Origin: Terriglobia bacterium
GTDB lineage: Bacteria > Acidobacteriota > Terriglobia > JAJPHL01 > JAPKYU01
Assembly: GCA_965206645.1 (NCBI GenBank)
Contig: CBDBKE010000004.1
Span: 1,184,001 to 1,248,000, forward strand
Length of the DNA stretch: 64,000 nt
Direction: 5' to 3'
Made by a program: the position numbers and the translations under genes. The stretch's first letter is position 1; each line of letters opens with the position of its first letter. A model generated the notes under the pieces. That model was not told the origin of the DNA, did no database searches, and saw nothing but the letters and a program-made list of their open reading frames with translations. Positions 1 to 9,687 of this stretch are shown in pieces.

Positions 1-51
1 CGACGGGTGGGGCCTCGGGGTTCACCTCGACGCTAGCCAGGAAGGGCTTAG

Positions 52-412
52 TCAAGGCAACATCGCGTAGAGAAGGACGTCGATCGCCATGGCGTAGGAA
101 TCCATCGAAAACAGGCGGAAGAACTCGTAGTCCTCCACTTCACGCTCCCCGCCGTCGGCAATGTCGGTGCTATGGGACATGACAACCATGAGCCGGCCGT
201 GCTCGTCTGCGATGCCTCGAAAACGCTGGCTTCGCTCGAGCAGCCTTGGTCCGACGTGCCGCCGCCGCTCTGCCTCCGTACTGAATGGAGGGGATCCGAG
301 GGATGTCATTCACCTGGAGCAGGCTTCGAAAGATCGCATGGTCCATCGGGACGTCGAAGATCGGATACTCCTGCCGGAAGCACCCTGGAGATCTGGCTGA
401 CCCAGTGCTCCC
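52..412 (-). pseudogene. DUF4159-like protein, C-terminal remnant with frameshifts
   Basis: Fragments in different frames (WEHWVSQISRVLP / EYPIFDVPMDHAIFRSL..IPRIPSIQY / FRGIADEHGRLMVVMSHSTDIADG..E..YAMAIDVLLYAM) resemble the DUF4159 C-terminus; the 5' part is missing and abuts the mltF stop. Confidence 0.6.
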
Positions 413-419
413 ACGTGCG

Positions 420-2639
420 CTACTGCACGATCTTGACGTAGTTGTCGTACGTGTTCTGGATACGAGAGACGTACAGGGCCGGCTCCGTGCCCCGGCAATA
501 GCCGTAGCGCGCCTTCGTGTGATACTGGGGATCCTCCAGCAGAGCGATGGCGTTCTCGACGTTGCCAAACCAGAGATCGGGATCCAGCCCGATCTCAGCC
601 GCGAGGCGCCGTGCATCGACGAGGTGACCGTACCCAACGTTGTAGGCGGCTAGGGCGAAGCGCACCCGCTGCCTGAAGGGGATCGTGGGATCCATGCGCT
701 TGATCTGCCGATCCAGGTACATAATCCCGGCACGCACCCCGCCCTCTGGCGGATCGACCAGCTCCGTGATGCCCATTTCCTGTCCGGTCGCGGGCATGAC
801 CTGGAAGAGCCCTAACGCGCCGACCCAGCTCTTCGCGTTCGGATCGAAGCCGCTCTCGTGAAACGCCTGGGCCGCCATCAGCCGCCAGTCGAGCCCGTAG
901 CTTTCGGAGTACTTCTTGATGACGCCGTCGTAGGGTGACAGCTCGCCGCTCACGCCGGTCCGACGCGTTGTCGCAACCGCGATCCGGTGCTTGTCCTCGA
1001 AATAGGCTTTCCTCGCCAGGTTGTATTCCAGGCCGCGATAGGTCTTCTTCACGAAACCATCGAGGTACGCTGCGAGCTCGGTATTCTGCGGGCGGACGGC
1101 AAAGGCGATCGCCTTCTCGTCGTCTCCGCCGCGAGAGAGCGTCAGCGCGCCAACGATCTCGTCACGATACGTCAGCTCGACGTTGAGAATGTGACTGTCG
1201 CTCACAGTGAGCGGTATCTCGCCACGAGCGACCATGCCGATGAGCTGCTCGGTTTCGAGATCTTCGGGGGCCTCGACGATCGTGAACGGGCCGTAGTCGC
1301 CCTGCAGGCGCTCGAGCGTGTCGTAGTAACTCGACGACCTGCGCACGTGGAGCGTCGTGCCCTTCAGGTCAGCCAGGGTGGTCATCGGGGGATCCCCCGC
1401 CCGGCTCACGACCATCTCATCGACGAAGAGATATGGCTGACTGAATGCCACGTGCGCGCCGCGCTCCTCGGTGATCGTGAACGAGGCTGCAATGATGTCG
1501 CCACGGCCTTCCAAGAGCCACGGGATCAGCTGGTCACGGGAAGGTGGCACAACCATCGCCAGACGCACGTCGAGATCCTCGGCGATGAGCTTCGCCAACT
1601 CGAAGTCGAAGCCCATCGGCCGACCTCGGTAAAGATAATAGGTCACTGGATTGTTGCGGGTGAGCACCCGCAGCACGCCCCGTTCCCGGATGCCCTCGAG
1701 ATCGCCAAGGAAGCGTTCATTGGTATGTCCGGTCAAGGACTTCTCGACGAGGAAGGTGTTGGTGGCTGCCAGCAGCTCTGGGTTCTGCCGGCGGACGGCC
1801 CAGGCGATCTGGCGTCCCTCGGCGATCTTGAACAAAGGCTCAACGGCGTCGGTACACGCCTGGATAGCATCGAGGGTGTGGCTATCGACGACGGTGAGCG
1901 GTCGCTTGCCCTGTGTCACTTCATAGACGATCGACTCGGTGTCCAGATGCTCTTCTACGAAGACCACCTTTAACGTGGCGATGTCCGAGCCCTGCAGCGC
2001 TTCCAAGGTCTCCGCGAACGACGAGCTCGGCCGGACGTGGACCTCACGTCCCGCGAGCGCTACCGGAGATCGAGGAAGGTTCTCGGCGCCCCTTTGTCCA
2101 ACGACCCATTCCTCAACAGTTGCTGTTGGTCGCGCGAACGCAACCTGTTGCTCTCGCTTGTCGGTGACCGTGAGCTGAGCGGCCACGAGATCGCCCTTCC
2201 CCTCCACCAGCATCGGGATGAGCTCGTCGCGGCGGTCGACGAGGACGAACTCCAGGTCGACGCCCAGGCGCCCGGCGAGCTCTTCCGTCAGGGTCTTGTC
2301 CAGGGATGCTGGCATCCCCTGCCTCGGAAGAAACTCCTCTTCGCCGCTTGCGCCCACCAGCACGCGGAGCGTGCCTCGCGCTCTGATGCTCGGGAGATCG
2401 CCTTGGTCAATGACCGCCGGCACCGACTCCCCAGCTCGTTCCTCGACGTCCGTCGCCGTCTGACAGGCCATCGTCAACAGCGCGACCAGAAACACCGCGC
2501 CACGCGGCACCGACCATGGTGGCCCCGCTGCCGTTGTAGGCTGTCTTCTCATCCTCCGCAACGCCTCAAGACGCTCTCCTGCCATTCCGGTGAATCTGCT
2601 CGAAGATATCACGATAGCTCGTCTTTTCATCCGCCGCAC
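420..2639 (-). CDS. mltF: MltF-like lytic transglycosylase with two tandem family-3 substrate-binding modules and an SLT domain
   Basis: Two repeats of DL..IR.RG.LRVL...; SLT motifs WRLMAAQAFHESGF (catalytic Glu), GALGLFQVMP, ALAAYNVGYGH; lipobox-like LTMAC. True start probably downstream of 2639. Confidence 0.85.
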   Translation of the reverse strand: MRRMKRRAIVISSSRFTGMAGERLEALRRMRRQPTTAAGPPWSVPRGAVFLVALLTMACQTATDVEERAGESVPAVIDQGDLPSIRARGTLRVLVGASGEEEFLPRQGMPASLDKTLTEELAGRLGVDLEFVLVDRRDELIPMLVEGKGDLVAAQLTVTDKREQQVAFARPTATVEEWVVGQRGAENLPRSPVALAGREVHVRPSSSFAETLEALQGSDIATLKVVFVEEHLDTESIVYEVTQGKRPLTVVDSHTLDAIQACTDAVEPLFKIAEGRQIAWAVRRQNPELLAATNTFLVEKSLTGHTNERFLGDLEGIRERGVLRVLTRNNPVTYYLYRGRPMGFDFELAKLIAEDLDVRLAMVVPPSRDQLIPWLLEGRGDIIAASFTITEERGAHVAFSQPYLFVDEMVVSRAGDPPMTTLADLKGTTLHVRRSSSYYDTLERLQGDYGPFTIVEAPEDLETEQLIGMVARGEIPLTVSDSHILNVELTYRDEIVGALTLSRGGDDEKAIAFAVRPQNTELAAYLDGFVKKTYRGLEYNLARKAYFEDKHRIAVATTRRTGVSGELSPYDGVIKKYSESYGLDWRLMAAQAFHESGFDPNAKSWVGALGLFQVMPATGQEMGITELVDPPEGGVRAGIMYLDRQIKRMDPTIPFRQRVRFALAAYNVGYGHLVDARRLAAEIGLDPDLWFGNVENAIALLEDPQYHTKARYGYCRGTEPALYVSRIQNTYDNYVKIVQ

Positions 2640-2888
2640 CCAAACCCTGGAGGCGGCGCGCTGATCAGCGGAGGGTGAAACACGCTGGCGGTTTGCGGAG
2701 CGAGCCGCACGGGGCCGTGAGCAGTTCGTGCATAACCCGCGTAAAGCCCTGCGCTACCGATATCACTCAGGAAGAGCTGAAACAGACACGCGCACGGATG
2801 GGTCGCTGGCCGGCGGCAGTCGCTGAAATTTGCGTGATCGCGATGCTCACGCCGGCAACCGGGCGTCCCCAGGCAGGATGCTTTTTAC

Positions 2889-3019
2889 GGTACTGTCAAG
2901 TTAAGCAGTTTGGCGACATTCTCGCCGCCCGCCGCCACCGCTAAGTCATTGATTCTCAGTCTCTGATCCAGCAGAATCCCTCCGCAAAACGGGCAGATTC
3001 TGCTCAACTTGACAGTACC
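2889..3019. mobile_element. 131-bp MITE-like element, copy 1
   Basis: Terminal inverted repeats GGTACTGTCAAGTTAAGCAG / CTGCTCAACTTGACAGTACC (20 bp, 1 mismatch); near-identical copy at 10630-10760; no coding capacity. Confidence 0.85.
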
Positions 3020-3592
3020 CCGGGGAGAGCTGCGGAAAGCTCGACGTCCCGAAGGAGTCGTGCCCGGCCACCATGGCGCTCACTGCCGCGCCGGGAACCA
3101 GCCTGGCACGCGGGCAAAGCCGCCAGTTGGCTCAGCGCTGCGCAAACGGGTACAAGTTTACGCCACAGCGAATCGAACCGGTATCATCAGGACCCTCGCC
3201 CGAGCCGGAAGCCCCGCAAGCCCCCCAAGCCCACGACACGCTCACTCTGCCAGAATCACGCGCCTGCTGGGTGCGAAGTGTGTTTCGCGAATCACGCGCG
3301 GATTCGCGGCAGATTTGCTGTTGATGTGGGTTGCTTTCCTACCGGCTCGGCGGGCAAGACCCTCTTGTCGCCGCCTCAAAAGCGTCGGCTCTGCTCGGCC
3401 TGGGCCACGCTACGCACACTCGCGCCCGCTTGAGGCGCGCCTGACAAGTTTGCTGGACGTGTGGAGGACCGCTGGAGGCCATCAACGGCTCCCACCACTA
3501 TCGTGGCCTCACGCTGAAGTTCGATTCCTGGTCGCGCTGCATATATTCTCAGTTCAACACAGGTAGTACGACGGATAGCACCAAGTTGAGCC

Positions 3593-3727
3593 TCAACAGC
3601 CAGCACACGACAGATCATGGTTTCTACCCGTGAGGTTAGCCTCTGCGACTCCTTGCCGGAGTTTCCCGATGAAGGCTATCACCATTGCTCCGAATAGAAT
3701 CAGTAGCAGGATAGATCTAAAGGTCAT
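3593..3727 (-). CDS. Small 44-aa membrane peptide (not in ORF track)
   Basis: ATG at 3727 preceded by AGGAGTCAGGAGAG; MTFRSILLLILFGAMVIAFIGKLRQG... has one hydrophobic helix; TGA at 3593-3595. Confidence 0.4.
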   Translation of the reverse strand: MTFRSILLLILFGAMVIAFIGKLRQGVAEANLTGRNHDLSCAGC

Positions 3728-3959
3728 CTCTCCTGACTCCTGTCCTCACATTGCAGCGCTCTGGTTAACTGCTTCATGCCTCCGAAAATACCCCTCTCTC
3801 GCGGCCCCTCGAACTTTGATTCGTCGTGTCCCACCAGGGCAGACTTTGGTCCGCCAGAAACAAGTGCTTCTTGGCTTGCCCATCGACTGTCAGTAGATGG
3901 GGGTGTCCATCCGTTCAAGCACCTGGATTGGCGCGTCGTGCGGTAAATTAGTGTGTGGG

Positions 3960-4259
3960 TTAATAGCGGCTTCGGTTATATCCGCCACTTCTGGGCCGGG
4001 ACCCGCCCCCCTCCGTCTTGGGGCGCGCTTCGTTCACGTTCAGGGCGCGGCCGTCCAGCTCTTTTCCATTCACTGCCCCAATTGCCTTGGCCGCTTCCTC
4101 GTCATTGGACATCTCAACAAAAGCGAAGCCACGAGCCCGGCCTGTGTCCCGGTCCGTCATTACATTGATGCGCGTGATCTCTCCGAGCGGCTCAAAGATA
4201 GCCCGCAGATCACTCTCCGTGGTGTTAAAACTCATGTTGCCGACATACAAGCTTTTCAT
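3960..4259 (-). CDS. RRM RNA-binding protein with Gly/Arg-rich tail
   Basis: RNP2 LYVGNM, RNP1 RGFAFVEM, ELDGRALNVNEARP, tail GGGSRPRSGGYNRSRY; start taken at MKSLYVG. Confidence 0.93.
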   Translation of the reverse strand: MKSLYVGNMSFNTTESDLRAIFEPLGEITRINVMTDRDTGRARGFAFVEMSNDEEAAKAIGAVNGKELDGRALNVNEARPKTEGGGSRPRSGGYNRSRY

Positions 4260-4553
4260 TTCTCTTTGTCTCCTTAAAGTCGCCGCCGCGCCCGTGCGGA
4301 GCGGTCGCGTACCCCGCGTCAGCACATTGCTGCAAACCGGCTATCTGGAATTTGATGGAGTCAATTGGGCAGGAAGCAAACGATAGAGCTAAATGCTTTC
4401 AGACGAACCGACTTCTTCAAATACGCATGTCAGTATAACACGGTACGAAAGGATGTGGGGACAAATTGAGCGTCTACCGCATCTCCGAGAAGGTGGGCGC
4501 GGAGGGGAGGCGTATTGGCAGCAGAGACTATTCGATCTTGGTTCAAGCGAGGG

Positions 4554-5033
4554 TTAGCGAGAGTTGATCGTCCCGCGGCACTTCGCTGATCCACATTTGC
4601 ACTTAACCGTGACCTGATCGCGACTGAAATTATAGTCAACAGTTAGCTCCTCACCAATGTGGATAGCGCGCCTGCTCATGAAAAGAATACGTCCCTTAAC
4701 GACCCACGAGTACAAATTTGGTTCACAACTGTGGTTGACGTACTCAGCCCCGCTGCCGGCGACTGAGCCGTCTATTGTCCAATAGTTGTTCAAAGCGAAC
4801 AAATAAGAGGTGCGCCGCCGGACGTGTCGTGACAACTGGTGCGGCGGAAACTTTTCTCCAGTGTACTCTATGACCTTCCGTCGAGGTGGAATGGACTCCG
4901 TTGTGAAAACTCCCAGCCCATGGATCGGCGATCGTCGACTTACGAGGCGATAACGTGAGAATCGGCCATTGATTCTGGCGGTCCGAGTACGGCCATGACT
5001 TTCTCGCTTGTAAAGAGTGTTATTAGCCGACAT
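4554..5033 (-). CDS. SET-domain protein (putative lysine methyltransferase) with post-SET cysteines
   Basis: SPIHGLGVF, VIEYTGE, YVNHSCEPN, GEELTVDY, CKCGSAKCRG. Confidence 0.92.
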   Translation of the reverse strand: MSANNTLYKRESHGRTRTARINGRFSRYRLVSRRSPIHGLGVFTTESIPPRRKVIEYTGEKFPPHQLSRHVRRRTSYLFALNNYWTIDGSVAGSGAEYVNHSCEPNLYSWVVKGRILFMSRRAIHIGEELTVDYNFSRDQVTVKCKCGSAKCRGTINSR

Positions 5034-5221
5034 TTTAATTAGGGCAATGGACGTCGTAGGTACCTCGCCCCCCAGTTGCTTCGCAAGGTTCCCACAGCGC
5101 GCCTCACCGATGTTCCCGGTCCCCAGAGTTGGAACGGAACCATCCTAGAAGTGGTGAAACACCCTGTGTTGGCTAAATAACCTGGGGCGAGCAAACCCAC
5201 CAGACTACACCTCAGCACTTT

Positions 5222-5422
5222 TTAGATTGATGGCCGCTGCATGATGAATTCGACGATCAGATCCATGTACTCATTCAGAGCCAATCGCAGTTCATCTGTA
5301 AGGTGGTCGTGAAGCCTGCTGTCCTGCGGCTGAGAGCTTGATCTTTTCACGTAAGCGCGGAGAGCTTCGTGCGCCGCATTCATTCTTTGTTGGGCATTTT
5401 CTACCTTATTCCACGATGTCAT
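5222..5422 (-). CDS. Small helical hypothetical protein
   Basis: MTSWNKVENAQQRMNAAHEALRAY...; a diverged, truncated copy of its N-terminus lies at ~13796-13848. Confidence 0.45.
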   Translation of the reverse strand: MTSWNKVENAQQRMNAAHEALRAYVKRSSSQPQDSRLHDHLTDELRLALNEYMDLIVEFIMQRPSI

Positions 5423-5732
5423 GGCAAAAGGAATTGTAGCACTCAACTGCATCTGCTGGTCTGGCAGAACCTCGACGAACTCCACGCCGCGGCCGTGCAC
5501 CTGGTGGCGTACTAAACCCCGTAGTTCGATCTCTTCGGCCTCGCCTAGAGAGAATCGCAAATAACAATCTATTCTTCCCGGCGCCGATCCAGGCCGCTCC
5601 TGCGACGTGGCCCGCTACGCCGTTCCGGGAGACAAAGGTCCAGGTTGTCTGCCTCCGGCAGGTAGAGCAGTATTTCTCGACAGGATTTTCCTTCTTACCT
5701 TCGGGCGATTGGTCCTCATGAACCAGGAGAGA
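5370..5732. repeat. Diverged duplication copy A (Cys-rich small ORF region), interrupted by IS3
   Basis: Aligns by eye to 13796-14147 (e.g. CAGTATTTCTCGACAGGATTTTCCTTC, CCTCGACGAACTCCACGCCGC); similarity resumes briefly after the IS at ~7013. Confidence 0.85.
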
Positions 5733-5802
5733 TGACCTGCCTGGCGATTTCCGGACCAGCTGAAGCCTGAGAGAATGGCGCCCTCGGAGAAACGAGGGAG
5801 CC

Positions 5803-6066
5803 ATGAAGAAGACCCGGTTTACCGAAGAGCAGATGGTGACGATCCTCCGCGAGGCCGATCAGCGGCCCGTTCCGGAGGTGGCCAAAAAGAACGGCGTCAG
5901 CGCCCAGACGCTCTACGCCTGGCGGAAACACTTCGGCACGTTGGAGCCCGCCGATGTGAAGCGGCTGCGGCAGCTCGAGCAGGAGAACGGCCGGCTGAAA
6001 AAGATGGTGGCCGATCGAGATCTGGAGATCGACGTGCTCAAGGAGATCACCCGAAAAAAATGGTAG
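5803..6066 (+). CDS. IS3 transposase OrfA (HTH)
   Basis: MKKTRFTEEQMVTILRE...TLYAWRKHF...RLRQLEQENGRLKK; A7 slippery site just before the stop. Confidence 0.92.
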   Translation: MKKTRFTEEQMVTILREADQRPVPEVAKKNGVSAQTLYAWRKHFGTLEPADVKRLRQLEQENGRLKKMVADRDLEIDVLKEITRKKW

Positions 6067-6983
6067 GCGCACGCGTGCGCCGGCCGCAGGTCGCGTATGC
6101 ACGTGCACGCGGTCTGTCGGGTCGCCGCGCGTGCGCCTTGCTCTCCGTCGCACGGTCCACGCTGGGCTACCAGTCGCGGCTGGTCGACCGGGATGCCCCG
6201 GCGCTGGCCGCGATGCGTCGTCTGGCGGCGCAGTATCCGCGGTACGGCTATCGCCGGATTCGGATTTTCCTAAAACGCGAAGGGCACACGATGAGCACGG
6301 ACCGGACCCATCGCCTCTGGCGCCAGGCGGGGTTGCAGGTGCCTCGGCGGCGGCCGCGGCGCCGGGTTGCCCTGAGCCGGCCCCGCCCGGTGCCCGCCAC
6401 TGCGGTCAATCACGTCTGGGCGTACGACTTCGTGTTCGACACCTGCGCGAATGGGCAGACGCTCAAGTGCCTCACCGTCGTCGACGAATGGACCCGCGAG
6501 TCACTCGCGATCGACGTGGCCGGCGGCATTCGGTCCGGGCGCGTTATCGAGGTGCTCACGCAGCTCGTGAGCGTCCACGGAGCCCCACGTTACCTCCGGT
6601 CCGACAACGGCCCCGAGTTTGTCGCGGGTGCGATTCTCCGGTGGCTGCTCCAGGCGCAGATCGAAACCGCGCTCATCAAGCCGGGGAAGCCGTGGCAGAA
6701 TGCGACCGACGAATCGTTCAACGGGAAGTTCCGCGACGAGTATCTGAGCCTGCAGTGGTTTCGGAACCGCGTGGACGCGAAGGTGGGGATCGAGCAATGG
6801 CGACGGCACTACAACGACGTGCGACCGCACTCGAGCCTTGGCTATCTGACGCCAGCCGAGTTCAAAGCGCAGCTCCGTGCTGGCTCGGATGACGGTGGGC
6901 GCTCGCCGGCGATGCCGGCTCACGCTGACCAAGAAGAACACGAGAGCGACTTAACCATGCCGACTGGCGCTGTTCTCCAGTAA
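6060..6983 (+). CDS. IS3 transposase OrfB (DDE), reached by -1 frameshift
   Basis: YGYRRI, WAYDF, RSDNGPEF, ESFNGKFRDE, YNDVRPHSSLGYLTP. Confidence 0.92.
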   Translation: MVGARVRRPQVAYARARGLSGRRACALLSVARSTLGYQSRLVDRDAPALAAMRRLAAQYPRYGYRRIRIFLKREGHTMSTDRTHRLWRQAGLQVPRRRPRRRVALSRPRPVPATAVNHVWAYDFVFDTCANGQTLKCLTVVDEWTRESLAIDVAGGIRSGRVIEVLTQLVSVHGAPRYLRSDNGPEFVAGAILRWLLQAQIETALIKPGKPWQNATDESFNGKFRDEYLSLQWFRNRVDAKVGIEQWRRHYNDVRPHSSLGYLTPAEFKAQLRAGSDDGGRSPAMPAHADQEEHESDLTMPTGAVLQ

Positions 6984-7168
6984 TCGGTGGTCCGAAGAAA
7001 GCCGGCAGGTCAGAGACCTGCAGGTTCGCAGGGAGTTCGCATACCTCATCATGGTCCTCCGGGACCGGCTTGACCGAAGAAGGGGACTGGCGTACAGTTT
7101 GGTGCCAAGGTAAAGTTGAAATCGGAAATTCCGCATACGTAACCAGTGGACTACCAAAGGAGGTAGCG

Positions 7169-8011
7169 ATGCCGAAATACCCTGGTGAGGAACTTGGATT
7201 GCCGCAGGTGCCACGGAAAGCGATAATTGGTGCGGTGATCGTAATTGCCGTTGTCTTTGTGTTAGGGGGTGCCCTGGGGACGGTCGGCGCAGGACAACGA
7301 GGCGTCTTACTGCGTTTTAACGCCCCGACCGAGGCAATCAAAGATCAAGGTCTCTATTACAAGATTCCTTTCGTGGAGCAGGTAATTCTGATGTCAACCC
7401 AGATTCAGAAATACACCGCTCCTGCCACCTCTTCCAGCAAGGACTTGCAAGTGGTCACTACAGAAGTCACCTTAAACTACCAGTTGAATGCCAGCCAAGT
7501 GGTGAAAATCTATACCGACATGCGACAGGATTATGAAGACCGCATCATCCAACCGTACATCCAGGAAGCGGTCAAATCCAGCACGGCCAACTACGACGCC
7601 GAGGAGTTGATCACACAGAGGCCGAAGGTGAAAGATGAACTTCAAAACTTGATAGCAGAAAGGGTAAAGCCACTTGGGATCGACGTTGTGCAACTCTCCA
7701 TCACCGACTTTCAATTCTCGCCAGCTTTCCAGGAATCCATCGAGGCGAAGGTGAGAGCGGTCCAACAAGCTCTCGAGGCGGAGAACGCCCTGAAGCGGGT
7801 GGAGTTTGAAGCGCAACAGAAGGTCACCAGGGCCAAGGCTGAAGCCGAGGGACTGAGGCTCCAAAAACAGCAGATATCGCCGCAGTTGCTGGAGTTGCGG
7901 CAAATCGAGGTTCGGAGAACCGCTGTGGAGAAATGGAATGGAGTGATGCCCTCCGTGGTCACCAGCGGGGGACCGGTGCCAATGTTGGATGTGTTTAGGG
8001 CACGGCGGTAA
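7169..8011 (+). CDS. SPFH/prohibitin (band 7) membrane protein, copy 1
   Basis: RBS AAGGAGGT; N-terminal TM helix; TVGAGQRGV, SSKDLQ.V, ITDFQFSPAF..SIEAK; coiled coil; EKWNG.MP. Confidence 0.92.
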   Translation: MPKYPGEELGLPQVPRKAIIGAVIVIAVVFVLGGALGTVGAGQRGVLLRFNAPTEAIKDQGLYYKIPFVEQVILMSTQIQKYTAPATSSSKDLQVVTTEVTLNYQLNASQVVKIYTDMRQDYEDRIIQPYIQEAVKSSTANYDAEELITQRPKVKDELQNLIAERVKPLGIDVVQLSITDFQFSPAFQESIEAKVRAVQQALEAENALKRVEFEAQQKVTRAKAEAEGLRLQKQQISPQLLELRQIEVRRTAVEKWNGVMPSVVTSGGPVPMLDVFRARR

Positions 8012-8190
8012 GGGAAGGACTGCACATTCGGCTCCCGCCTTGTAATCTGTAGACTCCGAAGCTGCAAATTGAGGGACGGAGGAGCGGTGCCAGTCGCTAC
8101 CGGCGACGGCAAGTCCGGCCACAAAGCTGGGGTGAAGGTTCCACTTCCCGCAACGCTTTTCGAAGGATAGCAAGAGGGGTTTCCTTGCCC

Positions 8191-8640
8191 ATGATCGGCC
8201 AGACGCTGGGCCACTACCGCATCGTCGAAAAGCTCGACGAGGAGCAGTTAAATTTCCGCACCGACGAGAAAGCCGAGCCGGCCCTGCCGCTAGAGCAGAC
8301 CGAAGATCCGGTGCGCATGTACCTGCGGGAGATGGGCACGGTGCCCCTGCTGACCCGGGAGGGCGAGGTCGAGATCGCCAAACGGATCGAACGCGGCCAG
8401 AACAATGTCCTGAAGGCCATGTCTCGCTGCCCGATCGTCATCCGGGAAGTCCAGAAGCTGGGAGAGGAGTTGAAGTCGGGGGCTAGGTCCATCAAAGGAG
8501 TCGTGGTCTTCAATGACGACGAACTCACCGACGAGCGGATCCAGGAGAGGCTGAAAGAGATCGTCGGGACCGTGGACGCTTCTAAGATAGCCCGCCTTCG
8601 CGCACAGAAGCACCCGTGGCGCACGATTGCCGCTGAGATG
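8191..8640 (+). pseudogene. In-frame chimera: Ser/Thr kinase N-terminus + RpoD region 1.2 fragment + resolvase-like HTH tail
   Basis: [15 protein letters not shown], then [29 protein letters not shown] (8305-8578 aligns to rpoD 13041-13314), then [23 protein letters not shown]; frame stays open to 8817. Confidence 0.75.
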
Positions 8641-8839
8641 AGGTTTCCCCAGCCAGCACCGTCCGGCGGGCGGCTTATAGGGTCAAATGATTTAGCGGAA
8701 CTGGAAATAAACGGGCGCAGGCAACAAGTGACAGCTCCCTCCAGAGAGGCCTCTCACTACCAGCGCCCGTTTTACCAGCGTCGGATTATACAGCTACTCG
8801 TGGGCAACGGGCGGTAGTGTCCTAGTTTCGGGTAGTGTC

Positions 8840-9034
8840 CTAAATTGACTCTCGCTTTAGGAGGGCGATTGTCCAAGTTTCCCCTTTGCCCATCTTCGGC
8901 AGCAGCGCCACTACTTCCCAGCCCTGCTGCCCTAGCTCGTTGAGTTGTGCTTCGGCTTCTTCCAAAGGATCGGCATCCTTGCTACCGCTCATTGGCGTCC
9001 AAAGGTCCATTACCTCGAATTTGTATTCCCACAT
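8840..9034 (-). CDS. DUF4177-family small protein
   Basis: MWEYK...EAQLNELGQQGWEVV...LLKR pattern; purine-rich RBS upstream. Confidence 0.8.
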   Translation of the reverse strand: MWEYKFEVMDLWTPMSGSKDADPLEEAEAQLNELGQQGWEVVALLPKMGKGETWTIALLKRESI

Positions 9035-9687
9035 AGCCTTTCTCTCCCTTAACTCTGCGGCAACAGATCGGCAAGCGCCCACAGGCATGTCGTAAGGCCC
9101 GCTTCCATTGCCCGGGATACTCGCAAGCTCCTATGGATTCGGCAGAAACTGTACCAGGCAAAGTGGGGGACCAGGGCCGATTCCAAGTTGTCCAAGACCT
9201 GCCACCAACCGATGCGCCGGGCACTTCTAGGGCGTGCCAAAAACCCCTCTGCACTGGCCGCTGCAGATGACTGATTCTACTAAGGCGCTTCCTGCCATTT
9301 CCAGCGTGCCAGAAAGAACTGTTTTTCACACATGGGAGAGGAGCCTCGTTGGGACCAATGGGCTTGACGCCTAACGACCGGAGCTAATGTCCCCGACACC
9401 CCCGAAGCCGGAACATAGGTAAAGACTGGTCCGTTAGTGGCGACCTATCCGGCATTGCTGGAGACAAGGCGATTCAGCTCTTCAAACTAGTTGAGCACGA
9501 CGTTGATTTGATTCGGTGCCTCCTGCTCGCCACCATCACCTCTTTCTTGACACCCCGACACGGTATCTAACGGGCTAGTTGTTTAGAAAAGCTATACTTA
9601 TTGCGAAATCCTCTTCGCTCCCGAAACCATCGATGGCGCTACGGGCTATACTCGCCAGCAGTTGGTAGACTCTAGCCGGGAGGCGCT

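Larger units (their letters stand above)
5733..7012 (+). mobile_element. IS3-family insertion sequence (IS407-like), complete
   Basis: Ends TGACCTGCC...GGCAGGTCA; 4-bp target duplication GAGA on both sides; orfA and orfB. Confidence 0.93.

Noticed and set aside
987-1973. Long antisense ORFs (also 11953-13143, 22105-23424, 56688-58037)
   Set aside because: Shadows of GC-rich genes on the opposite strand with no recognisable motifs.
3009-3566. ORFs right of MITE copy 1
   Set aside because: No motifs or convincing protein-like composition; likely degraded sequence.
5775-6059. N-terminal extensions of IS3 orfB ORFs
   Set aside because: Open frame overlapping orfA; OrfB is produced by programmed -1 frameshift, standard for IS3.
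8813-8842. Direct repeat GGTAGTGTCCTA x2
   Set aside because: Two 12-bp copies only, with no supportable function.
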